The notes below the pieces were generated by a model that did no database searches, was not told the origin of the DNA, and saw only the letters and a program-made list of their open reading frames with translations. Shown one piece after another: positions 12,001 to 17,950 of a stretch of DNA of 64,000 nucleotides (within the stretch, counting starts at the first letter, position 1; every line of letters begins with the position of its first letter). The stretch covers positions 717 through 64,716 of the forward strand of contig CAYWYD010000006.1 of NCBI GenBank assembly GCA_964462425.1, given 5' to 3'. A program made the position numbers and the translations under genes. This stretch comes from an uncultured Thermoplasmata archaeon (lineage in GTDB: Archaea > Thermoplasmatota > Thermoplasmata > Halarchaeoplasmatales > Halarchaeoplasmataceae).

Positions 12001-12047
12001 ACTTCACGTTTTTTAAGCATCCGTCTAGTCATCCTCGGGGCCTCCAT
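1..12047 (-). CDS. Giant secreted/surface-anchored multidomain protein, >4000 aa, C-terminus beyond window start. Domain order: N-terminal signal/anchor, FG-GAP repeats, 4 tandem jelly-roll domains, more FG-GAP repeats, parallel beta-helix, PD40/TolB-like beta-propeller blades, thrombospondin-type-3-like Ca-binding repeats.
   Basis: Manual codon-by-codon reverse-complement reading from ATG at 12047 runs to position 1 with no in-frame stop (further in-frame ATGs at 12032 and 12020). The ORF track lists no complete minus-strand ORF here; it needs an in-window stop. Hydrophobic segment FAVFAAVIIVGAVFTSGFA near the N-terminus. Motifs seen in frame: GDINDDGKADIAVGAPG...GAVYIFYG (FG-GAP), NCWGTDLD...GWYIDDV ×4, NNTIxxNxVGI (beta-helix), IYGxxVVWxxxxxxDIYxYD blades, DTDGDGLxDGxE / DSDNDGL. 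Confidence 0.8.
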   Translation of the reverse strand, partial: MEAPRMTRRMLKKREVSCKEESDDSEEVEDEEPKMASKRGLFRSDKIRSGLRTFAVFAAVIIVGAVFTSGFAEAGTTGTQPPEEDGYDWIVQNDTVVKDERGLKLSGNLVVTNQSKLTFEKVNFLMNCSQPGQFAIKVKRGSEFVVKNSTLTSMEEGFSNSFKFVVYGNLTMENTRVDNLWAENMMGGIQLYTDNVTIADSTIEDSEIGIYAPNNSSDPTVKHKRGIGENGERLGRYVTNIGDINDDGKADIAVGAPGNDTGGENAGAVYIFYGKEKDNYSDYRLNSSDADIRINGSEKEGKFGYDLSSGDLGRDENDDLVIGAPGTDNGTVYIFYGDELSQGGYKYSAKDAVEVFHGEQKEDEFGYSVSSGGDVNGDGCDDIAVGAPGYGTDNFDDNTGRVYTYMGGMTRDIFKDDFDYGWTHGGDKDNWELGTPVNDGGPLYNPDSSNSGENCWGTDLDDTYSSNQNAYLKFSVDLSSANNPTLNWHHALYLEDGYDDGYVEASNGSGTWTSLDKFTGKTPVNNGTVDWEEAPEVNLGAYTGQTVHLRFRLDSDTYTHYGGWYIDDVLVNESDYDKTYFEDDFEYGWNHGGAKDEWNLGEPVSEGYPADNPSSAYSGKSCWGTDLGSYYENEANAYLNTSVNLKGIQSPRLSWVHAYRFEENHDYGFVEVSSDGNTWEQLANFTGNTQVVNGEISWEYAAPLNLSGYRGKDIHLRFRLDSDAYTYENGWYIDDVTVYDASNKLTYREKDFEYGWTHGGDYDEWELGPPVNDGEPDDNPSSANTGQNCWGTDLDDHYEGGADASLETTIDLSPVNDPVLTWYQAYWFYDGFWGSDDHGYVEVSKDGSNWDEVADFTGHTPLNKSGKIKWEKSPTINLTSYGDKTIHLRFRLESGGSYANGWYIDDVKVMNNTTDTAYLYDSFEDGWSHGGAKDEWNLGKPVNDGSPGDNPSSANSGQNCWGIDLDDYYENEADAYLNTTIELPSFWSAELTWSQAYWFEENYDYGFVEISTDGTTWKELANFTGHSQVVNGEISWERVAPIDLSKYSGRTIHLRFRLNSDTYEIANGWYIDDLQIKQKRGSLVTMDGEWEGDRFGTSVSIAGNINGDSYDDIVVGAPKHDAEKGKTYVYTGRRRYKSTELDTADINITGEQEGEEVGWSIDAGADINKDSYDDILIGSPGHDNDTGRAYLFYGSPGMEGNLTVDHPNVTFTGNPDGGGFGYSVATMSNDDQKEYGDIMVGAPGVDTEDKEDAGSIYTFTRLDKNCLRLDAAMADLRYSGTEKNGYLGASISGREYPGADRILAGGPGYNAEGGSVHLFEYGFEKVDHDGGEITNCKISNNSVGIRTGRSNLLVANNTIDENGVGIQAEDNAAYMTNNTLRNNDVGIRFKNTTLYLNETEIYRSSDHDLELKEGSHVTAVDTYFTRTKVDVIEDSNLTVKMSLDVRVENEDGESVDTTVTVENAKDERFDVGTGSDGNMTTRVIKAYEQDGSGFDYYTPHNITTNEDNEVDVVMDSPKDLTLISGGDSDNDQVEDSFESSENIHWMDAVDHRIDSTQVLVDGSANLGGGDEEVLTQVDNNEILNHGTFPIVDEGLYRYYVRARKDHTEEDVPASISLSAAGSEPVKDDKHALKSMYRWYSTPRFETQDGDLRLWANATFPSSEVEVYVSDVMLVRIEDSDGNPTDITPGQITDPLDSDTDGDHLGDGMEVREGTYWYEGENKVPEDQRVIDSNASNSKAAVPDPDDVILEGDNTSVELSPGEYRYYFKAKAADAEKGPDNEESCLEVTLIDGSGETTEEIKFGAEYDWNRTDPIVLEEETELKMWANATGDHSARLDKYMISNMSALKNDAIEGEERYTLDFSEGGSEEVNITLPEEAELTEASMDVEGTSKKLELSKEGRNPSIYGDKVVWRNSTDENIYLYDIREENTTQISYSGDTSRPEIHENWVVWENNSGTNKNITLYDLNKENEEPIPLTSLAQEHPSIHDDKIVWQSQEDGDYDIYMYDIAEGSTTRITNDSHDQLYPEIYGNRIVWEDERNGDADIYMYDLRESVKPYNDGDGLFRISYDSAEDRRPDIYGTRMVWKRDGELNEDDRILIHEIKTNSTWIEEGDSDKGDPKIYGKQVVWNTSSSDETIHYFDNMTEKSRSFAAGDVSNLDIWGGTVVWEENGIHMLNQNYTIGIGSDTVGSHTSVFTEPERTLNLASAINRYLDGRKTSKEEINATLNVTSQYEGELTLSNVSISIEYLSDPLQIDTDGDRLFDGTEHHDFFGKDIIETEDAVEFEEWKGSPCNFIHQTGVSLTSSKEKDISDDSWITLETRIDGTGRYRFMLRPDYDVKAGKKMVTPRNSSERPNSSAIDWGEDFRVTASTASYIRKAMKNATYMKLKSSSGEEVRPIEGEGRDTINIEEMYRDPENNNIRGKTYWWSEREYDLTENREYRLTVGISLDRIRDSPEKFDWDGIDLMKVLNLDNLRVEKKGLDSLSADTDSDGIKDGREAYNEGYAAASDPDHDGLNDYQEIEIHGTDPGNRDSDLDGVRDGVELGMTEEEIKENNSDLKTPGSWVERLAHWQDPYDFTPINNFDADKGATTTDPTDPDTDGDGLPDGFTDGWIYNPTPVEDESQVRFGSHQNRYKDLNYWDYDVDNWERGGKVDNLVQVWEGEDLDMDGECDEYTVDESGENHSRPWGFYNDTYEPKMEWEDGDFVGYEGETSPITEDSDIDENGDVVGDGIPDGYEVWYSTREPHMYHNETRDSMEYFLSPIYPYDTVVDEDPSEKDIETEYSIDEDVPARGVNFTLEADDTDTRSVGVNLDMTDCSEGEHAGTLYLLNLSAMSGDEFSTYIKSDTIFESDEAVIETKMITGGSIGWHVMDVDSSELAQGYDYGIALVRNDDTAYDFEWRGGSKGSGESWAWSEYIGRILECDFSLDYELYKEYTKSRVIDEDEPARAVNFTLPEEKTISSVGLNLNISGCENVSAEMEIWNGSGPVSGEENELLASKSITGGDAGWYRIDIPDIDALKDTNYTILLRKKKTCEKFRWRAHDLNGTSHVKDPGSWSMMNYSLDYELYEYDWNTTGDGLINREEYIVGTNPKKRNTDKASVGAEVKDDGLLDGEEVSLYEKRRNITDEDGTKIGYNISRGGVIYRTNVEEGTKKFQNYGKDDSWIHYDGDGDHSVLKGYNYTHLETIEDPKVTDPVVSEENIELFELEDGGAVYISQVNLTNEHEYIYVLDTPVGELSNYTAENGEEKYQVTAHIYSAAEQVPVEEYTVNDTKYRNQQKYLSDPCDWDTDDDGIMDGEEVNWSEECEPKNSKTMNMMMNVGEWPTDTLVNARDRDSDNDGLEDSMEVAWMIDYDNDDKDLENMIDIDSDGDGLIDGEESQYGTDSDGDGQIVEVDGHPGYTFNDGVNMMDKDSDGRSGRNDGLLDGPEMMPYELDNTRKNDDTRTGLVNISERNSIGGLDTDSAGNIYFMTHHELDRLWKLPADYDETPDQSTPSDVNEADLLLRFNSNHLDKHKSPTVDSSGNIYFINESSNYIMKLPNNYYIGTPLENREKLEKVKELDEAPKDIAFDSSQNLYYLDGSGDIYRSTDKGDEEKLLEGNEDIKNITVDNEGDVYYIKKKNEETTVEKIKTETVSKPVKVLLRYGEMRTGDLTTRDLTIDKEGNLYFSAFFEMDLQKWGRILKLSKDYKENYPAINALRHTRIIEERHSSDLDPYQLAVDGNKDVIIGDGSSFYDSVKLLPYAKTDMLKNDTDDDGLLDGYNRLESQNKYGELGNASEYPTPYDEFRSTMQGRKRNFNQEYKTDQLEADTDGDGLTDGEEVEGWTITVEDWVEPTKYPDYEPKRTNVTVVSNPLKNDTDGDGLPDVKEYGFTDACDPDSDNDGLLDSEEDANQNGRIDLGETNPLDRDTDDDYLCDGWNDGGDAGATEYIEECEFEYDGPTKESSQSLDDPDENLKYKEFGEAYLDASGELNNITDPLRSDTDRDAVLDGQEYVYLWNVTDSPYHDSDGDDTIDL
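8820..10810 (-). repeat. Four tandem ~500-bp coding repeats inside the giant gene. Each encodes a ~165-aa beta-sandwich/jelly-roll-like domain.
   Basis: Nucleotide-level repeat visible in the sequence, period ~500 bp. Example: gtcgtctatataccaaccgttcgc... recurs near 8820, 9330, 9840, 10340. Protein repeats share the signature F-x-YGW-x-HGG...NPSS-x-SG-x-NCWGTDL...HLRFRL-x-SD...NGWYIDDV. Confidence 0.8.
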
Positions 12048-12240
12048 TAACTTATAAATCCCAACTTTATTCTAAAAGCGCTATATATGTCTTAGGGAGA
12101 TAAGCATTGTCAAATTTTGGTATTAGTAAGCTTCGCTTAGCATTTAGAGCCAGTTAAGATAAGAGGTCGTTACGGACAAATTCAATACGTGTTGTTTCAC
12201 CACATTTAATACAGGCTTTAGTTTTCTTAACCATAAAGGT

Positions 12241-12675
12241 TTAGCAATAGGTAGTATTTTGTTTGTGGATATAGATCGAAAACTTCGCTGCTTCTCTATT
12301 CTTGTTTATCATCTCTTTAACCTGGGAGGTAGGAAGCATAAATCTATCACTAGCCCCTATCAGGGCTATGCCATCTCCGCTTTTTGTGAGTTGTAGCTCA
12401 ATGTCTGATTCGAGGAACTCGCCATCTTCTATAAAGCTCAGAGATGCTTTCTCTCGTTTTCCCTCGATTACCTCTTTTGCTTTGTATATCGGAATATAAC
12501 AGGATCCTTTTTCAGAGTTGTATCTCAAAGCCTTACCTGAGTTTGTTACGGCCAGCCATTTCTCGGAGTCTATGAATTTACTTTTTTCTTTAGGAGTGTG
12601 ATTAGAATGTTCATCTATAACTAATGGTTCTGGATCACTCACACTACACTTAGGAGTTAACATATTTTCTCTCAC
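12241..12675 (-). CDS. Hypothetical protein (144 aa), no recognised motif.
   Basis: ORF in track. Sits between the giant-gene promoter region and the TA cluster. Confidence 0.4.
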   Translation of the reverse strand: MRENMLTPKCSVSDPEPLVIDEHSNHTPKEKSKFIDSEKWLAVTNSGKALRYNSEKGSCYIPIYKAKEVIEGKREKASLSFIEDGEFLESDIELQLTKSGDGIALIGASDRFMLPTSQVKEMINKNREAAKFSIYIHKQNTTYC

Positions 12676-13092
12676 CCGAAACAGAGAAAATTGTCGGTGA
12701 TGACAGACAGTTGCCTTTGGTTTTTGAGGATTTTAAAAAAAGAGGAATAGGTTTTGAGATAGTTTATGATGTCTTTAAGATCCTGTTCCGAGATAACGTG
12801 CTGACAGAAGAAGAGATAAAAACTATTCTTGCTGAGATGGAAGAAAAAGACAAAACAAAGTTCAAAGACAAAGAAAAGATATTCAAGTGATCTCTACTAA
12901 AACCCTAGCTACAACATACCTCAACCCATGAACTCATCTTCAGACTTGAACGAAAGTGGGTTTTGCAGCGTCTCGAAGTCTGAGAAGGAGGAGGTACCCG
13001 CAAAACCGGTTGTACCGCCAGTGGAGTTCGTGGGTAGAGCAGTGGGTAAAGTGAAGGAGAAAAGCCCGCTTCCCAGCGCTGTCGTAGGAGCG

Positions 13093-13235
13093 CTCCCTTT
13101 CACGCACATTCCAAGCGTCTTAGACTCGTCACGCCACGAGCGGGATTGTCCTATGCTAACGCTGATAGCGAACATTCACAGCCTCCTATGTACAGCGGGG
13201 TATTAGAGTTAGAGAATAAAATACTTTCGGAGAAC
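13093..13235. repeat. Repeated intergenic element R1, sharing blocks with 14030-14130 and 14800-14930.
   Basis: Block tttcacgcacatTCcaagcgtcttagaCtcg recurs, slightly variant, at ~14805. The exact 20-mer gaataaaatactttcggaga recurs at ~14107. Confidence 0.6.
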
Positions 13236-13303
13236 AGATCCGGAACGAGCGGCAATTATAAATACCTGGACAACGTTATTGTATACAAATATATGCATGC
13301 AAA

Positions 13304-13558
13304 GTGGTGGAGAATATGGGCTCAAAGACCATCAGTCTAAAGGAGTCTGCTTACGAGAAACTCTCGGCGTTAAAGGGTGAAGATGAGAGCTTTAGTGATC
13401 TGATAGAAGAACTGACCAAAGAAGAAACTCCTCGTTACGCGGATTTTGCGGGTATCTTATCACAGGACACCATCGATTCAATAAAAAAGATGAAGGAAAA
13501 AAGAGAGGAAAGTGGTAGGATAGAAGATGCAATAGAAAAACTCAAGTCTCGAAGGTGA
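13304..13558 (+). CDS. vapB: VapB-type antitoxin (archaeal ribbon-helix-helix-like, DUF217/PF02697-like).
   Basis: N-terminus KTISLKESAYEKLSALKGEDESFSDLIEEL resembles archaeal VapB antitoxins. Its stop overlaps the downstream PIN-domain gene. Confidence 0.65.
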   Translation: MVENMGSKTISLKESAYEKLSALKGEDESFSDLIEELTKEETPRYADFAGILSQDTIDSIKKMKEKREESGRIEDAIEKLKSRR

Positions 13559-13559
13559 T

Positions 13560-13958
13560 ATAATCATACCTGACACCAATTATATTATCGATGTCATCGC
13601 CGATGAAGAAAAAGCGGTAGAGAAAAGCAAGCTACTCCAAGAACAAGGGGTACCTCAGAAACTGTGTACTCCAGTAGTATATGAGGTGCTAGCTGGGATA
13701 GAATTCGTTGGATCTAAGAAAGAAAGAATCAAGATCGATTCTTTGCTACAAGAGTTCCCAATTCTAACGTTCGATTTACATGCGGCGGAGGTATGTAGTG
13801 AGATCGATGCGGAGTTAAGAAAAGAGGAGGAGATGCGCTCGCCGGTAGATCTACAGATCGCCAGTATAGCTCTAGCCAATAACGAAAAACTGCTCACCAA
13901 CGATGGAGACTTCGATGTGATGAAGGAGGTCTTCGATCTGGGACTAGAAAGGTATTGA
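13560..13958 (+). CDS. vapC: PIN-domain VapC toxin. No canonical start codon; the coordinates cover the open frame.
   Basis: Frame opens after TAG at 13533-13535. N-terminus IIIPDTNYIIDVIADEE carries the PIN first-Asp motif. C-terminus DLQIASIALANNEKLLTNDGDF is typical PIN. The only ATG/GTG/TTG in frame is GTG at 13686, well inside the domain. Confidence 0.6.
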   Translation: MIIPDTNYIIDVIADEEKAVEKSKLLQEQGVPQKLCTPVVYEVLAGIEFVGSKKERIKIDSLLQEFPILTFDLHAAEVCSEIDAELRKEEEMRSPVDLQIASIALANNEKLLTNDGDFDVMKEVFDLGLERY

Positions 13959-14029
13959 ATAGATAGGGTTTGGATCTTTTATTGAGGGTATAAATAAGGG
14001 TAGCTGAAGTCATCTGAATCGTCCAAGAA

Positions 14030-14130
14030 TGGTGTGTCGGTCACGCTCTGCCTAACAGTCTCCGTCACTCGCTCTGCCTCTAATACTAGAGGTGTATATT
14101 CGTTAAGGAATAAAATACTTTCGGAGACTC
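14030..14130. repeat. Repeated intergenic element R3 (contains the exact 20-mer gaataaaatactttcggaga).
   Basis: Exact 20-nt match to 13213-13232, plus adjacent similarity. Confidence 0.6.
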
Positions 14131-14506
14131 AAGTTTTGGTAGAAGAATTCAAACCTTCATCAAAACTAAGGGGTGTAGCGTCCTTATCATCACACCAGCT
14201 TACCACGACCGAATCTGGAAAACTTAGGTCCTTGTCGGAATCCGTGAACGTTTCCCAAGAGGATCTCAACAGACCGATATTTCCAGATCTCAAGTCCACG
14301 TGCGGTAGATCGAGCAGAGCTTTGCCCGCTTCGACAGCGTCCTCTTTCCCCTGTCGGTATTGGATCAGAGAGATGATCTCCGACCATATCTCAGGGGGTA
14401 TGATGATCGGATCGGTCTCCTCAAAATTTTCCTTTGCCTCTTCATGGTGTTTATCGTTTTCATTGAAAAGTGCGTAGAGAGCGGAAGTATCAGCGATCCT
14501 CATCAT
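14129..14506 (-). CDS. vapC: PIN-domain VapC toxin.
   Basis: MMRIADTSALYALFNE... is a PIN N-terminal Asp motif. Overlaps the upstream antitoxin gene by 4 nt. Confidence 0.7.
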   Translation of the reverse strand: MMRIADTSALYALFNENDKHHEEAKENFEETDPIIIPPEIWSEIISLIQYRQGKEDAVEAGKALLDLPHVDLRSGNIGLLRSSWETFTDSDKDLSFPDSVVVSWCDDKDATPLSFDEGLNSSTKT

Positions 14507-14721
14507 TCCTCACGCCCATATAGATATCTATCATGATGTTCGCTCGCACTCTCGTCTTCGTCAGAAAAAGTTGGAAGGTCTTCCAGATCTACATTTTCTG
14601 GATCGACTTTCTTTATCTCTATCTTTACCTCGTCTCCTTTTTTTAGGTCCAGCTCCTCTAATTCCTTCTTTGTCAAACGGATAGCAAAGCTGTTACCCCA
14701 TTTCTTGACTTTAGCTATCAT
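14503..14721 (-). CDS. vapB: AbrB/MazE/SpoVT-type (swapped-hairpin) antitoxin. The track ORF extends to 14814; the probable start is the internal Met at 14721.
   Basis: MIAKVKKWGNSFAIRLTKKELEELDLKKGDEVKIEI is an AbrB-type domain. Co-oriented and overlapping with the PIN gene. Confidence 0.65.
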   Translation of the reverse strand: MIAKVKKWGNSFAIRLTKKELEELDLKKGDEVKIEIKKVDPENVDLEDLPTFSDEDESASEHHDRYLYGREE

Positions 14722-14799
14722 TGTATATACATATTGTAGATACCCTCTAATAAAGTTATCTCTTATGTCTTCTTTTGATCGATGGCCTTTCGGGCAGTA

Positions 14800-14930
14800 T
14801 GATCTTTCACGCACATCTCTATCGTCTTAGATTCGAAATGTTTACGCTGACGGCTAGCATTTCTGTTCTCTAAATCTCGTTATGGCATAAAAGTTAGAGA
14901 ACAAAATACCTTCATTTCGAGAAAATACTA
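14800..14930. repeat. Repeated element R2 (tttcacgcacatctctatcgtcttagattcg ... agagaacaaaataccttcatttcgagaaaatact).
   Basis: Similar to both blocks of R1. Overlaps the 5' end and upstream region of the minus-strand antitoxin gene. Confidence 0.55.
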
Positions 14931-14956
14931 ATATCCCGCCTCCTTGCCAATAAGAT

Positions 14957-15478
14957 ATGAAGTGTGCTTTGACCGGTACCCCCGGAGTGGGGAAGACCAC
15001 CGTTTCGGAACTGCTGGAAGAGCAAGGATACGACGTTTTGGACCTGAACCAATTTATAAGGGAAAATGATCTATGGGACGAGGAGGACGAAGAGAGAGGC
15101 TCTTTGGAGGTGGACGTCGAGGGTTTAAGGAAGGTCTACGAGGAGCAAAAGAACGAATATGATATGGTCGAGGGCCATCTTTCACATCATCTTTCCCTTC
15201 CTTATACCATAGTCCTGAGATGCGCCCCTCCGGAGTTGAGAGATAGGATGGAAAGGAAGGGATGGGGCGAAAGGAAGATAGAGGAGAACCTAGAGGCTGA
15301 AGTCTTGGACGCCATACTTATAGAAGCTCTCGATGTCTGCGAGAACGTATACGAGGTCGACACCACCGATAGAACCCCTGAAGAGGTCGCCGGATGTGTC
15401 AAAGAGATATTGGAAAATGACCTAAAGAACCAAGATTACAGATCCGGTTCGATAGATTGGACCGAGGAGTACCTATAA
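14957..15478 (+). CDS. Fap7/AK6-type adenylate kinase-like NTPase.
   Basis: P-loop MKCALTGTPGVGKTT at the N-terminus. Size ~170 aa, typical of archaeal Fap7. Confidence 0.7.
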   Translation: MKCALTGTPGVGKTTVSELLEEQGYDVLDLNQFIRENDLWDEEDEERGSLEVDVEGLRKVYEEQKNEYDMVEGHLSHHLSLPYTIVLRCAPPELRDRMERKGWGERKIEENLEAEVLDAILIEALDVCENVYEVDTTDRTPEEVAGCVKEILENDLKNQDYRSGSIDWTEEYL

Positions 15479-15517
15479 AAACGATACTTTTTATTACAAC
15501 CGTGAGTTAAAGATACG

Positions 15518-16153
15518 ATGGTATTGAATAAATTCCGGGACGAAGCAGATATCGTCCTAAAACCAGTCGCGGAGAAGATAAGTTCCGTGAACCCTAACCT
15601 GATCTCTTGGGTCTCCTTACTCTTCGCTCTCTCAGCCGGTATCCTGTTCCTTTATTCTCGGGAACCCAACTACATCCTGTTAGCCGGTATATTCATAATC
15701 CTCAACTCGTTATTCGACGCTCTCGACGGAAAAGTAGCCAAGATGACCGGTAAAGCTTCGAAACGTGGCGACCTTTTGGATCACACGATAGATCGTTACG
15801 CGGATATACTGATCTTGGGTGGGATAATTTTGGGATCTCTATGTAGAACGTGGATAGGCGTCTTCGCCCTGATAGGTGTGCTGATGACCTCTTATATGGG
15901 CACGCAGGCCGACGCTTTAGACGTTTCCAGGGACTACGGCGGTATCGCGGGAAGAGCCGAACGTCTTGTACTTCTGATCCTCGTCTCGATACTCTATTTC
16001 GCTCTCCACGGAACGGGCTTGACCTCTCTAACACTCCTCGATATGGAACTCAATCTGTTCGAACTCCTGATGATTTGGTTCGCGATAGCCGGAAATCTCA
16101 CCGCGATTTCTAGAGGCCTAAACACGTGGTCCAAGCTGGGTAACGAATCGTGA
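15518..16153 (+). CDS. CDP-alcohol phosphatidyltransferase family membrane protein (archaeal polar-lipid synthase type).
   Basis: Motif DALDGKVAKMTGKASKRGDLLDHTIDR fits D-G-x2-A-R-x8-G-x3-D-x3-D. Multiple TM segments. Confidence 0.8.
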   Translation: MVLNKFRDEADIVLKPVAEKISSVNPNLISWVSLLFALSAGILFLYSREPNYILLAGIFIILNSLFDALDGKVAKMTGKASKRGDLLDHTIDRYADILILGGIILGSLCRTWIGVFALIGVLMTSYMGTQADALDVSRDYGGIAGRAERLVLLILVSILYFALHGTGLTSLTLLDMELNLFELLMIWFAIAGNLTAISRGLNTWSKLGNES

Positions 16154-16156
16154 TCG

Positions 16157-17206
16157 CTAATCTTCCTCTCCGCTCTTCTTCTTCTTGAAAGAATAATACC
16201 CTAAAGGATGGTTCAGCCATTCCTGCTCACACAGCGAGTCTGGATCGAAACATATACCGTTGGTTTTCATCAGGTTACAACCTGGAGGACTGTACTCTGT
16301 ACCGGATATCTCTCCGATTATGTGTTCTATCTGATATGATGCTAGTTCCTTATCAAAATCCGGCGCCTCCTGGAATATAGATATGATCTCGTCTTCGGAT
16401 AATCCCACTTTCCTCAGAAAAGCGGTCAGAGCGAACCTCGCTTCGTGAGACAGGTTTTCACCCTCTTTCTGACCGGCTAACAATTTTTTTATGCAGGGAG
16501 GAAACAGCTCGTTCTCCACTTTACCGAGATCAACATCCTCTATCTCGGCTCTTTTCTCCTCTAGTGTTTCTTCGATCTGTTCTATCTCCCTCTCGAATTT
16601 GTTTAAAATAGCATCCGAGACAGGCACGGGTAACCCCTCAGAGATCTGGGAAAATACTTTCTCTTTCATAAGCCTGATGAACTTTTTCCTTTCCAGGTAA
16701 ACTTCCCCGCTCCTCATATCCTGATTTACCAGCTTCCATCCAGGGGACCTCAACCGATCAGTGTTCTCTAGGTAGTCTCCAAAAAAGACGGTGAACCTGT
16801 TTCCATCGATCCCAGCTTCTATCTCCAACTCAGAAGCGAGTTTCAATACTTTATCATCGCTTTCACGGGAGAGTTCGTCTACCACTCTCTCCGCTTCCCC
16901 TAAACTGTACTTTCTCACCAAAAAATCGTCGGCTACAGCGGATACAAGCATCCGGGCTATAGGGTAAGAAAACAGTTCCTCTTCACATTCCACTTCACCC
17001 TCTATACTCTTTATCCTAACCCTTCCTTCTTCAAGGGCCTCCAGCACCCGATCCTTACCTCTAACTCTCACGGGGCCCCAGATACTGTCTCCTATCAATT
17101 CCTCCAGAGGCGGCGCTTCCTCTTTTATATAATCCTTAGCCTCGGACAGGAAAGGATAACGGGCAAAATCTTCCAATGACCAACTTAAATCATCGAGGGG
17201 GCTCAT
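16157..17206 (-). CDS. priL: DNA primase large subunit PriL.
   Basis: Conserved FPPCIKKLL motif of the archaeal PriL Fe-S domain. ~350 aa, acidic. Confidence 0.75.
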   Translation of the reverse strand: MSPLDDLSWSLEDFARYPFLSEAKDYIKEEAPPLEELIGDSIWGPVRVRGKDRVLEALEEGRVRIKSIEGEVECEEELFSYPIARMLVSAVADDFLVRKYSLGEAERVVDELSRESDDKVLKLASELEIEAGIDGNRFTVFFGDYLENTDRLRSPGWKLVNQDMRSGEVYLERKKFIRLMKEKVFSQISEGLPVPVSDAILNKFEREIEQIEETLEEKRAEIEDVDLGKVENELFPPCIKKLLAGQKEGENLSHEARFALTAFLRKVGLSEDEIISIFQEAPDFDKELASYQIEHIIGEISGTEYSPPGCNLMKTNGICFDPDSLCEQEWLNHPLGYYSFKKKKSGEED

Positions 17207-17215
17207 CTTTCACAG

Positions 17216-17950
17216 ATGATAGATAAAGACCTACTTAACTATTTTTGGACATCATACGGTATCCGGGAAAGAACTTTTATATATGTTAAAAAATACCTAT
17301 ACATGGGTAAGGAAGGAGAAAACGAGAAAGATCCATACTGGCGGAAAGAGGAGGACAAGAAATCTAAAAATATCTTTTTGAGCTTTGTAGCGGTAACCGT
17401 TGTTATCCTTCTTCTCGTAGTATCCTTAGGAGTCTATACCTACATCTCATGGCGGGACCTCCAAGAAAGACCGAAATTGAGGGCTCAAGAGGGTAAATTT
17501 GAGTTCCATAACGCCACGGACGGAAAAGCCAACATAACCGTTCACCTCACATTGGTGAACGAAGGTGAAGAGAAGGCGGATTCGATAGATCTAGAGTGGT
17601 TCGTGATGGAACAGGAGAACTCTTCGGACAATGTCATCTTCACCGAAGGGAATAGATCGATCTCTTCGATAAAGAGCGGGGATTCGAAGGATATAACGTT
17701 CAAATTAGTTCTTCCCAAAGGTGCTTATAAGATCGCGTATCGAACCTACGAAGAGGACCTTTTCACCTACGAAGGAAGACAAGATTTTATGGTCAAGGAA
17801 GAGGACACCGAAAGAGGCACGCCGGGGGCTAGCGACGAAGATGACGGTGCCGGTGTAGGTGGCGATGGAATGCCGATGATATCAACGCCTCTCATCTTAC
17901 TGATCATCGTCTTGTATGCTGTCTTCAGATGGAGGTTCAAAGATGAATAG
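17216..17950 (+). CDS. Membrane-anchored protein with a CARDB-like beta-sandwich ectodomain and C-terminal TM. Likely real start is MGKEGE at 17303.
   Basis: TM after the basic N-terminus. ...VHLTLVNEGEEKADSIDLEWFV... resembles CARDB/DUF11 domains. C-terminal hydrophobic anchor. Confidence 0.5.
   Translation: MIDKDLLNYFWTSYGIRERTFIYVKKYLYMGKEGENEKDPYWRKEEDKKSKNIFLSFVAVTVVILLLVVSLGVYTYISWRDLQERPKLRAQEGKFEFHNATDGKANITVHLTLVNEGEEKADSIDLEWFVMEQENSSDNVIFTEGNRSISSIKSGDSKDITFKLVLPKGAYKIAYRTYEEDLFTYEGRQDFMVKEEDTERGTPGASDEDDGAGVGGDGMPMISTPLILLIIVLYAVFRWRFKDE

Noticed and set aside
12676-13303. Short ORFs 12928-13206 (+) and 12921-13175 (-), and a ~40-codon plus-strand ORF ending at 12890.
   Set aside because: No motifs. 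They overlap each other and the R1 repeat. They may be relics of a degraded gene but cannot be supported as coding.
13093-14835. Considered whether the repeated blocks (…cgtcttagattcgaaatg…) are tRNA fragments or att sites of an integrated element.
   Set aside because: No cloverleaf-compatible segments, no GGTTCGAATCC-type T-arm, and no integrase or transposase nearby. Kept only as an unexplained repeat.
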